A DNA stretch of 63,773 bases, filler included, from Klebsormidium nitens (lineage: Eukaryota > Plantae > Klebsormidiophyceae): NCBI GenBank assembly GCA_000708835.1. It is 8 parts of 8 records of this genome, joined end to end, with 100 filler letters (N's around TTAATTAATTAA, not from the genome) between each part and the next. Parts side by side here need not be neighbours in the genome. Positions count along the whole stretch, not along the records: positions 4,035 to 20,430 come from DF238013.1; 7 more parts are not named here. One strand, 5' to 3'. Shown here in pieces: positions 8,788 to 17,772 of the stretch. Below the pieces are notes generated by a model. It searched no databases, was not told the DNA's origin, and saw only the letters and a list, made by a program, of their open reading frames with translations. Every line of letters starts with the position of its first letter. Position 1 is the stretch's first letter. The position numbers were made by a program, and so were the translations under genes.

Positions 8788-11124
8788 CTATTGTACGTAA
8801 ACCCATCTATAGCCGGCTGCCAGGATACTCGTGTCGCGTAGTGCTTTTCTCAAACTGCTGTTGTTTCTCAAGCCGTGCTGCCGAACAGCCTCCAACACGG
8901 ATGAATATGTACCGCTGATCTGGCCGGTCATGACGTCTATCCTGTGAACCGGACGAGTGCGGTCTCTATTCTGAGCCTGCTCAGCCGTCGTCGCGAATCG
9001 CAGGTTTTCTAGGCGATTATTCGACGGCTGCCGATCGATGTGATCGACGCTCGTGTGGTGGTCACTCGGAGGACTCCCGAGGAACGTGTACGCCACCAGC
9101 CCGTGCACCGGTAAATTTCTACCACCTCTTATTCCCACATACATGTAGGAGTTTATACGCTTTCCGTACCAGCGCCTGCCAGTTGCACTCTGCACGCGGC
9201 CCGATGTACTGACGAAAATGTTCCTCAACGCAGTGCCCTTGTATACGGCGGGCTTCCAGATTTCTCCGTCCATTGTAGCCTGTTGTCTGAGGTAGTCCTG
9301 ATCGATCTGAAAACGAAAGCCACTCTGCATCCCGCCCCCGCTTTTCATGATTCGCTTCAGTTTGTCCTCCCCCACTCCAGTGGCTCTAGCAGCTTCTGCG
9401 ATGCTCGTGTATACCGAAGTGAGACCCGTGGAAACGTCCTCCGTTGACACGGGGATGGATGTGTGGGACGTCCAACCTTTCTTGGCGTCTGGGTTGTCTA
9501 AAGCAGTCTTCGCCACGTGGTCGGCCACGCTCAGCTCTTGGAGGTTTTGCCAAGAGTCATCCGGTTCGGTGCCCTCGGGATGAGGTACGATGTGGTCGCA
9601 GACCATACCGGGCCCGATTGGACGTCCCAGCTTCACTTCCAGGTTGAAACGGTGCCGTTGATAATACTTCGTTTCGCCCACCCCGACCACCCAGTATTTA
9701 CAGNNNNNNNNNNNNNNNNNNNNNNNNNNNNNNNNNNNNNNNNNNNNNNNNNNNNNNNNNNNNNNNNNNNNNNNNNNNNNNNNNNNNNNNNNNNNNNNNN
9801 NNNNNNNNNNNNNNNNNNNNNNNNNNNNNNNNNNNNNNNNNNNNNNNNNNNNNNNNNNNNNNNNNNNNNNNNNNNNNNNNNNNNNNNNNNNNNNNNNNNN
9901 NNNNNNNNNNNNNNNNNNNNNNNNNNNNNNNNNNNNNNNNNNNNNNNNNNNNNNNNNNNNNNNNNNNNNNNNNNNNNNNNNNNNNNNNNNNNNNNNNNNN
10001 NNNNNNNNNNNNNNNNNNNNNNNNNNNNNNNNNNNNNNNNNNNNNNNNNNNNNNNNNNNNNNNNNNNNNNNNNNNNNNNNNNNNNNNNNNNNNNNNNNNN
10101 NNNNNNNNNNNNNNNNNNNNNNNNNNNNNNNNNNNNNNNNNNNNNNNNNNNNNNNNNNNNNNNNNNNNNNNNNNNNNNNNNNNNNNNNNNNNNNNNNNNN
10201 NNNNNNNNNNNNNNNNNNNNNNNNNNNNNNNNNNNNNNNNNNNNNNNNNNNNNNNNNNNNNNNNNNNNNNNNNNNNNNNNNNNNNNNNNNNNNNNNNNNN
10301 NNNNNNNNNNNNNNNNNNNNNNNNNNNNNNNNNNNNNNNNNNNNNNNNNNNNNNNNNNNNNNNNNNNNNNNNNNNNNNNNNNNNNNNNNNNNNNNNNNNN
10401 NNNNNNNNNNNNNNNNNNNNNNNNNNNNNNNNNNNNNNNNNNNNNNNNNNNNNNNNNNNNNNNNNNNNNNNNNNNNNNNNNNNNNNNNNNNNNNNNNNNN
10501 NNNNNNNNNNNNNNNNNNNNNNNNNNNNNNNNNNNNNNNNNNNNNNNNNNNNNNNNNNNNNNNNNNNNNNNNNNNNNNNNNNNNNTCTGAACAGACTGTA
10601 TTGTGACGGCAGCCTTTGAGGACCTGTCCTGCCTTGGCCGAGAAAACCTGCCCATCCGGTCGGCCATAGTAATCCGTCATCACCGGATGCGGCTTCCAGT
10701 CTTCGGACGGGTCAGGATGAAACAGTGCCGCTTGCGGGGGACGATCCAGAAGCCTCTTCACGCGTCGTTCTTCCTTTGACACTTCACGCAAGTTAGCCCA
10801 AGAGTCGTCGGGCTCCTCCTCGCGAGCATCTCTCTTCTCCACTATCCTGTCGCAGATCATCCCGGGTCCGAGCAGTCGACCGAGCTTGCATTCTAGCACG
10901 AGGTTGTGCCTCTGATAGCTGACGGTTTTGTTTCCATGTGCTATAATCAAGACCCAATCGATCGTTTTCTGCGGAGAACCTTTCACACACCGCCCGGATT
11001 TTGCCGAATAGATCTTTCCATCCTCGCGCGAATAGAGGTGTGTGAAAGTGGGATGAGACTTCCACCCCTCGTCCTCTGGGGGTGCCTTCAGTTCCCTCCC
11101 TTCGAGTTTGCGCTTACCCAGCAT
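8788..11124 (-). pseudogene. Multi-domain NUMOD4/HNH homing endonuclease (~478 aa when repaired), interrupted by a family-A element
   Basis: Repeated W(K)xHP...YxRxDG..S modules, VDHIDRQPSNNRLENLRFAT (HNH) and HTH-like SIAEAARATG. Removing 9701-10598 and one TA restores LKGCRHNKYWVV in frame. Confidence 0.85.
9701..10598 (+). mobile_element. Family-A TIR element, mostly unassembled (N gap)
   Basis: The left gap edge reads TTA|CAG and the right edge reads TCTGAACAGACTG|TA, matching both family-A ends with a TA duplication; length depends on the gap estimate. Confidence 0.8.
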
Positions 11125-11213
11125 TATGTACAGACTCGTAATATATCTATCGTGCATCGACCGCGTGCCCTATATAGCCGCAGGAACCTGCCTGTACCAC
11201 TCGAGCCGCGCGC

Positions 11214-11306
11214 GTCCTCAGCCTAGTAAGCAAGACGAACGGTCTAGGATATCCTTTCTTGCATTTCCCCGCGTATCTCATGTATAACGTCAGGATGGGC
11301 AAGTAA
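11214..11306 (+). pseudogene. Displaced original 3' end of the glycosyltransferase gene
   Basis: Encodes LSLVSKTNGLGYPFLHFPAYLMYNVRMGK* versus LSLISKVTKIGYPFLHFPADLMYNVRMGK* at the gene end; 11247-11306 matches 8727-8786 at 58/60 nt. Confidence 0.85.
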
Positions 11307-11307
11307 T

Positions 11308-11535
11308 CTACACATGAAAGACCAAGGGAAGCCACCAAGGCCCCGTGCATAGCATCATCACCACTATCACCCCTATGAGCAGACCCGTTCCCCACTTCTC
11401 GACTCTTTTGCCTCTCGCCGCAACGGTCGCTTTCGAGGACCTGCTCATGTCCCAACCCACGGCCGTCAACACGATTCCTGTGAGTACGAGCAAGGTCACT
11501 ACTGCGATGGCAGCAAACTCCACCGTACGGTCCAT
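11308..11535 (-). CDS. Small two-transmembrane hypothetical protein
   Basis: 75-aa ATG ORF with two hydrophobic segments, tightly packed among virus-like genes. Confidence 0.55.
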   Translation of the reverse strand: MDRTVEFAAIAVVTLLVLTGIVLTAVGWDMSRSSKATVAARGKRVEKWGTGLLIGVIVVMMLCTGPWWLPLVFHV

Positions 11536-11596
11536 GATATGTATATACTACTTTTGAACAGGAAATAAAATGTTTAACACCTGATATGTGTGTGCA

Positions 11597-12217
11597 ATGA
11601 ACGACTACACGCTTCTCATCCCTGGATTGGGTTCCACGGAGACGGCTATAGAATCGATCAGAGATATGCTACGGGAGAAGTGCACAGGAATGATCGAGGT
11701 CTTTGACTACGACTCGAGAGGTATGTGGGATCTCGGCGACGTTTTGCGTAATAGACTATTCACCAGCACAAAGACGGACAGGTTGACGAGGCTGCTGACC
11801 AAGCTCTCCGAAATCACGAGCCTGCCTTTGGACGTCCGCGTGCACATCATCGCACACTCACATGGGGCTCTCTTGCTACACAAGGCTCTCATGACGCTGT
11901 CAATCTCGGCTCGACACCAGCTTCAACTGCAAAACGTCATGGTGGACGCATACGGACCTGCGAAGCTGATCCCTGCCTCGTGCGAGCATTACGCGCTCCG
12001 GGGCGCGACCAATCATTTCCACGAGAAGGATTGGATTCTGAGGTTACATGGAAGGTTGCGGAGGACCGACGAATCCGAATTCGACCACAGGTCTTCCGAT
12101 GGGACCGTCTTTCATATCAAGATGACTAAAGATCCGCGTTACGCTTCCGGCAGAGATGCACACCAATCCTACTACGACGAGAGCATCTGGGACGCCATGG
12201 GCTCTTGCAAGATCTGA
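11597..12217 (+). CDS. Alpha/beta-hydrolase (lipase-like)
   Basis: LLIPGLG oxyanion-like loop and HIIAHSHG nucleophile elbow. Confidence 0.65.
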   Translation: MNDYTLLIPGLGSTETAIESIRDMLREKCTGMIEVFDYDSRGMWDLGDVLRNRLFTSTKTDRLTRLLTKLSEITSLPLDVRVHIIAHSHGALLLHKALMTLSISARHQLQLQNVMVDAYGPAKLIPASCEHYALRGATNHFHEKDWILRLHGRLRRTDESEFDHRSSDGTVFHIKMTKDPRYASGRDAHQSYYDESIWDAMGSCKI

Positions 12218-12264
12218 GGGTGGGCAGAGCCCCAAAATAAAATCTTTCTATATAGCAAGAACGC

Positions 12265-12681
12265 ATGTCTAACATCACGATCGCTCCGGGGAGTCGTGCA
12301 TACGTAAAGGATAACGACTTATTCGGAACCGTGACGCGTACCAATCTCTTAGGCCTGTCAAACACTCCGGTTATTCAGCTGGACGATGGGAAGAGCCAAG
12401 CATACATCGGACCACTGAGGAAGAACGTGGTGGATGCCGAGAAGAAGGTAGATTTCGATGGACAGAGCGTTTCGGTGCCACTGGATGTGTTTGGCGTGGG
12501 CAGAGACCAACTGACCGCGTTCGGGGTCTCGGCGGAGAAGCAGAACCAGATGTTCCAGAAGTGGAGAACACTGCCTAAGAATCAGCAAGAGGCTTACACT
12601 CAAAGCTGGGACTCCCTGGACAAGAACGATTCTACCGCTCTGCAGGGGTTCCTTCAAGGGATGATAGATGCTCTCTCCTAA
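12265..12681 (+). CDS. Hypothetical viral-type protein
   Basis: 138-aa ATG ORF preceded by an AAAATAAAAT...TATATA AT-rich stretch; no recognised domain. Confidence 0.6.
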   Translation: MSNITIAPGSRAYVKDNDLFGTVTRTNLLGLSNTPVIQLDDGKSQAYIGPLRKNVVDAEKKVDFDGQSVSVPLDVFGVGRDQLTAFGVSAEKQNQMFQKWRTLPKNQQEAYTQSWDSLDKNDSTALQGFLQGMIDALS

Positions 12682-12686
12682 TTCAT

Positions 12687-13277
12687 CTAGCTCATCTTCG
12701 AGGCTACTACAGCTGCAGCTGCTCGCAGCACCTCCCGTGCACTCTGACGACCATCTATGCGGTACACCTCGTCGAAGTGAGCTTCCTCGCTGGAGAGGAA
12801 GTCGTGATACTTCGCCTCCAACTTCTTCAAATAGGCCAGAGTGAGCGGCGTCTCCGCCTCTCTCCCCCTCTTGCGTGCGCGTTCGAAGCAGACCTCAGCT
12901 GGAGTGTCCACCCATATGCAGATCTTGGGCACCTCCAGCTGCTGCGTGCTCCGGTCATATAGCTGCCTGAAAAGGGCCCATTCCTCAGGGTCCAGAGTTC
13001 CGTCCTCGTGCAGGAGCTCTCCAAAGACGAACCTGCACGAGGCGGGTGATCTCTCTATGAAGCTGAGTCCGGTGCGCTTGGGCATAGACATGAAGCTGCA
13101 GAGGACCTTAGTCTGTAGTGCAAAAGCCCATCTCCTTGGGTCTTCATAAAATCTACGCAAGATAGGTGCCCACTCATCCACGGGTTCCAGCTCGATAGGG
13201 CATTCGAAGAGTCGACCCAGACCGTCTATGAGAGAACTCTTGCCACTGCCTATCGAGCCTTCGACCGAGATATTCAT
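12687..13277 (-). CDS. Deoxynucleoside kinase
   Basis: ISVEGSIGSGKS P-loop, EPVDEW, ERS and RKRGREAE lid motif; start in an AAAAATG context. Confidence 0.9.
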   Translation of the reverse strand: MNISVEGSIGSGKSSLIDGLGRLFECPIELEPVDEWAPILRRFYEDPRRWAFALQTKVLCSFMSMPKRTGLSFIERSPASCRFVFGELLHEDGTLDPEEWALFRQLYDRSTQQLEVPKICIWVDTPAEVCFERARKRGREAETPLTLAYLKKLEAKYHDFLSSEEAHFDEVYRIDGRQSAREVLRAAAAVVASKMS

Positions 13278-13387
13278 TTTTGCGATCTCTGTTGTCCGAG
13301 TCGTGCCACACGCCCCTCTTCTTATATAGACGGCCGCTTTTTCGGACGCTGCTCCCGGGTCCGCGTCCACGACTGCGTATTCTTCGC

Positions 13388-14122
13388 TACCAGGCACGCG
13401 ACTTTCCCGTCTTTACTTCCACGCGTGCCACTTGTCGAGACAAGTGTTGACAGTATCCACGAAAACATGGCCTCACATGGCCACGGTGCCACTTGTTCGA
13501 CGATAATCTAATTCTCTCTTCTTATTGGATAGAAAGCAGCAAAAGCTGGAGACATGTGCACATGTGATTGGCTTCTACGTGACGAATGGACCACCGATTT
13601 GTGAGGAAAAGGCGGGAACGAGTGCGTGGGTGCTTGACTGGCGTTGACTTCGACGGTATCACGGATATCAACCATTAGCGGGAAATACTACGTCATAATA
13701 TCCAAGTACAAGATTACCAGTACCAATATTAGTACGGCACCCATCGTTTTGTCATAGCTGCACTCGAAGTACATGTCAGCAACCGAAAAACCGCATGCTA
13801 CCAGGCACGCTACTTTTCCCGTGTTTATTTCCATGTGTCCATTTGCCCATGTGTCCAGACGGTTGTCCGTACTCCCAGAAACTTATCTGGCTTACATGCA
13901 TGCGTTCAGACGATATTCCGTACTCCCGAGAACTTATCTGAACTCACATGGCTTCGGTGCCACCTGCTCGACGGATAGTTCTTCTTATTGGACGACTGGA
14001 CCCGATCGCGAGAAAAGAATGCGGGAACAGGCGCGTAGGATATGGAAATTTTACGTCATAATATCCAAGTACGGTGCCCATTGTTTCGTCATAGATTGCA
14101 CCTGAAGTACATGTCAGCAACC
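13388..14122 (+). repeat. Degenerate tandem duplication (13388-13784 and 13799-14122)
   Basis: Shared blocks taccaggcacgc, cggtgccac.tg.tcgacg, ttcttattgga, tacgtcataatatccaagtac and gaagtacatgtcagcaacc. Confidence 0.8.
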
Positions 14123-15409
14123 CTAATTGATCCGTATATTATATCAGAAAAATATATTCGCTCGGCAGTGTCTAAAATTCTCTTTCGTATACCATAAGTC
14201 CGAGGTAGTGGTAACCGCCGCTGACGAGCAGGCTGAGTCACAACTGAGAATGATCATTCGCACTTTTTCACGTGCATATTTCGGTTTCGGGCGCGATAGC
14301 TACCCAAGGCGCGTTGCCTATAGTCTTTTCGGCTGCCCCTTCCGTTTCCACTTTGACGGTACCACATACCATATCGAGCAAGAGCTCAAACCTCACTGCT
14401 TCCTTCAGCATCGCTCACGCCTCCACGCCTCCTGAAAAGCGCTCACCTGGCTGACGGAGGAGCATGCCATTATGGCATCCGGCTTTTCGGCAGCAGACGA
14501 TGCGGGGTGAGAATCCTGGCCGAGCTTTAGCGCACATTGGGCTGGGTTCCTTCTTTCTGTGCAATCCTAATCGCCGTGCATCTACTGTGTGCTAGACCTT
14601 TGCAAGAGAGGTCACCAAATCCAGACCTATGTAGGCAGCCTAGAATTGCATTCATTAGGGTGGTGGGTTTTAAGAATTGCATCCAGTAGGATGGTGGAGT
14701 CCGGAAGTCAGACTGATTCTTACGTTCAAAAAGTTTCACCTTGGGTTTTTCTCAAACAACCCATCAATCTATTAGAGCAGATTCAGATTGCCTACAATCA
14801 GGATATTTCATTCCATAGGCTCTAAACCTGTACGCTTGATCTGAGCAGAATCGCAGAGTAGCAGAGGTAAGGGTTCCTTTTCCCTACTTTCTGCTTGGAT
14901 TTCTTCCTAGAAACTCATCAAAGCTGCAGAGTGGTGGTGAAGTCTGATACTTTACATGTAGGGTTGCTTCCTGATACCTCAGGTTTCTGCTTGGATAAAC
15001 CCTACTTTTTGCACATTTATAGGAGATGTGAAGCTGCACTTGCGATTCAGCACAGTGAGGCTCCTGGAGCGATCAACGACGCGTTTGTGGGTTTCCTTCT
15101 CGGGCAGCTGGAGTCGGCCAGACAGGCAGCCGAGAAGGCTAATGATGAGAACAGCCGGTTGCGCATTCAGTTGGAATTGTGCAACGAGGAAATCAAAAGG
15201 CTGATGAGCAGCGGGGGCTCTGGTCATCCTGGCCTGGAGCTTCCTAATTCTAGCATTCACACTTCGCATTCGAGCTAGAGAAGATCAGCACTAACCGCGA
15301 GGTAAGCTAGCAGTATGTGCCAACCTGCTGCTGCAGCACGATCAATTTCGGACGGCGTTCCGACTCGCCGATCAGGGCAAACCTCTTGTTGTAGAAGGTG
15401 CAGCCTTAG

Positions 15410-16095
15410 AGAGGTTTACGTGGAGCTTTGATAGTTGAGACCACAGAACCGGTGTTTGAATAGTGGGCTGAGTTGAGGTGTGACTTAGTCTGTAACTTAG
15501 TTGTACTTGTACTGAGGTTTACGTGGAGGTTTGGTTGTTGCAGATCACGGATGTAAGACTGAACCGGTGCTTATTACCAGTTTCGCCCAAACTGTCGCCT
15601 CTTTGACGTAACGCAGGTGACGAATAGGAGCGAGAAATGATAATAATACCAGAGTTGACTGGCTTTCCTCTGGCCGCCAGGGCTGGCCTGGTACCAGAAG
15701 AAACTTTTCGTTTTTAGGACATCACTTGCTGTGACTCCCTAGCTATACCGTAGACCTTCGGCCCATAACGAGTACACCTGCGGAACACCTCGCGAACTGA
15801 ATCACTGAGGTCCCATCGGAGGGACTGAGATGGTGCCTTTTGAATGAAGGTCTCTATCCGTTTTGCGACGGGGTATTCTAGGAGCAAGGGTCCAAGGTCA
15901 GCGAAGCCCAGTGATGCAACATGTGTTAGCATACTATCCCTTAAGGAAGAAAGTTAGTCCATACAAACGCGGTCAAACGCACTCAGAATTTCCAAGCGTT
16001 ACGTTCGAAGTGCGACACTCTGGACGAAAAGGGTAATAAATAGCTGGGCTGAGAGTCAAAGTGTAATTTAGTTTGTAACTTAGTTGTAAGATGCG
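15410..16095 (+). repeat. Two ~105-bp tandem units; the second is split by the family-B mini-element
   Basis: gaggtttacgtggag...gaaccggtg...atag.tgggctgag...tgtaacttagttgta occurs twice. Confidence 0.75.
15574..16036 (-). mobile_element. Family-B non-autonomous TIR mini-element with an omegaRNA-like end and a 72-aa ORF (15714-15932)
   Basis: Imperfect 16-bp TIRs TTACCAGTTTCGCCCA / TTACCCTTTTCGTCCA; TA duplications at 15572-73 and 16037-38 in a T-TA-A context; the first 26 nt match the Fanzor-B end (55709) with 1 mismatch. Confidence 0.8.
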
Positions 16096-16275
16096 GGTTG
16101 GGTCCGCGCAACTTACAGTGGTTCTGTGTCTGTACAAAGAGGATAGTCTGATAGGATGTATCCATATGCTCGTCAATAGAATCCGCTCATCTACAGATAA
16201 CCATACAAACTAGTTTAGGATCCCACAAACACTAAGCTGAATGTTTGTGTGTAGATAGTCTGGGTGGGGCTTCCC

Positions 16276-17544
16276 TTAAAACAGTATCGTTTCGCCGCCA
16301 CAATGTGCTTCGAACAATGGTCCTATCCACACTGCATGCCTGCTTCTAGGTCCAGTTGTCGAGCTGGTCGATGTTTTCGAAGATGATGAGCTCGATTTAG
16401 TCGTCACCGTCGAGCCAGAGCTGGTTCGCAAAGAGCCTCCGCTCTGCGATGTGGGTGGACTCGGACCTCTAAAGTAATCTGGGTGATTACCCCCCCTATC
16501 ATGCGTGAATGTATACTCTTCGAGTCGGAAGCCGTGCTCTTGCAACGGCTTTAAGTCTTGGTAATCCCTGTTCTCTAATCGACGGTATGCGGGTACATCG
16601 TCTACTGGCACTTTTGCAAGTCGCCACATCAACTTCTGCAGATATTTTCGTTCTGCCTCCCGTCTGAAGGTTTCGACATAATGTGGATCTAAAAGTTCGG
16701 ACCCCCTCCTTTCCCGTCTGACTCCAGTCAACCTCGATGCAACATTTCGTAAATCTCTGAGCTGTTGTTGCCTCGCTGGATCTACGCCGTCCAACATGTT
16801 ATCCCGGAGTTGAGCCGTCCTGACCGTTCGGCTCTTTTGGTCATCGCGCAACAAGCATGATTCTACGTAGAATTCGTTGTCACCCCAATCTCGCTGCAGA
16901 TGCTCCTTCTTGTCTGGAACTTTCCTCTTATCCCCTCTGTCGTACACGCGACCATCGCCGTACAGCCGCTTGCAAGCGAAATTTTTCGCATTCCTTCTCG
17001 TCAACCACTCCATCTGCTCCCTCGGTTCCTGCGGCATGAGCATGTTCACCGATCTCTCGTCGTGTTTGGCCGGAATTTCCTGACCGCCATACCGAGGATT
17101 CCCTCTAAATCTGCGGCCTGTGCCCGCCCACGGCGAATGATCTCCGCAATGTGCTCTATGGAAGCGATGACGTGGCCGATCGCTCGCGAGATCCTTTATC
17201 AAGGCGCTCCTGTCTTTGGCGCTCAGGGATAACAGGGGGGGATAGTAACGACTCACCCTTCCGAATTCTTTTTGGCACGTTTGGTCGTGTGCCCTCAGCG
17301 TTCGCCTCAGGCGTAGTCTCTCGTCCGGCGAGAGGCCTCTCACGTTGCGCTTGAATGACTCTAGATCGTCCGAGTACTCTATATCTAAGAATTGCTTTTG
17401 CTCCCGCCATCTCTCAGAGGCATCAGCGAGTCTAGGATTCCGTGCACGACTTATACGGGTATCGAGTATGGGATACCAGCCGTCATCGCTTTGGAATATC
17501 GGTGCCGTCGTGAGCGCACAGTCTATCCATTCTTGCAGAGACAT
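16276..17544 (-). CDS. Hypothetical viral-type protein (422 aa)
   Basis: Long intronless ATG ORF with an AT-rich leader and a Ser/Thr-rich tail; no recognised domain. Confidence 0.65.
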   Translation of the reverse strand: MSLQEWIDCALTTAPIFQSDDGWYPILDTRISRARNPRLADASERWREQKQFLDIEYSDDLESFKRNVRGLSPDERLRLRRTLRAHDQTCQKEFGRVSRYYPPLLSLSAKDRSALIKDLASDRPRHRFHRAHCGDHSPWAGTGRRFRGNPRYGGQEIPAKHDERSVNMLMPQEPREQMEWLTRRNAKNFACKRLYGDGRVYDRGDKRKVPDKKEHLQRDWGDNEFYVESCLLRDDQKSRTVRTAQLRDNMLDGVDPARQQQLRDLRNVASRLTGVRRERRGSELLDPHYVETFRREAERKYLQKLMWRLAKVPVDDVPAYRRLENRDYQDLKPLQEHGFRLEEYTFTHDRGGNHPDYFRGPSPPTSQSGGSLRTSSGSTVTTKSSSSSSKTSTSSTTGPRSRHAVWIGPLFEAHCGGETILF

Positions 17545-17585
17545 GGTGTAATTTAAGCTCTGATTTTTTTGCTATGCGGAGACTA

Positions 17586-17766
17586 CAGTCTGTTCAGAGT
17601 AAAATGGCACACTCGCCACAGTACTCGGCCGTATCTCGGATTCTCACCGAGATGCCTAGATGAACTCGTTGTTCGGACGCTACCTGATGCCACGTGGTTG
17701 CTACGTGGTGCCACGTGTTGAAGTCGTTCTCGGACGCTAGTGTGCCATTTTATTCTGAATAAACTG
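17586..17766 (-). mobile_element. Family-A mini-element (181 bp) retaining the 3' 85 nt of the omegaRNA scaffold
   Basis: TIRs at both ends; TA duplications at 17584-85 and 17767-68; 17586-17670 is the reverse complement of 6795-6879 with 4 substitutions. Confidence 0.92.
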
Positions 17767-17772
17767 TAAAGG

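Noticed and set aside
15714-15932. 72-aa ORF as an IS630/Tc1 transposase C-terminus (AKR...DSV...RRCTRY)
   Set aside because: Resemblance is too weak to support without a profile search
16224-16260. Helitron 3' end at the CACAAACA/TGTTTGTG hairpin
   Set aside because: No clear CTRR terminus at the expected distance and no 5' TC end identified
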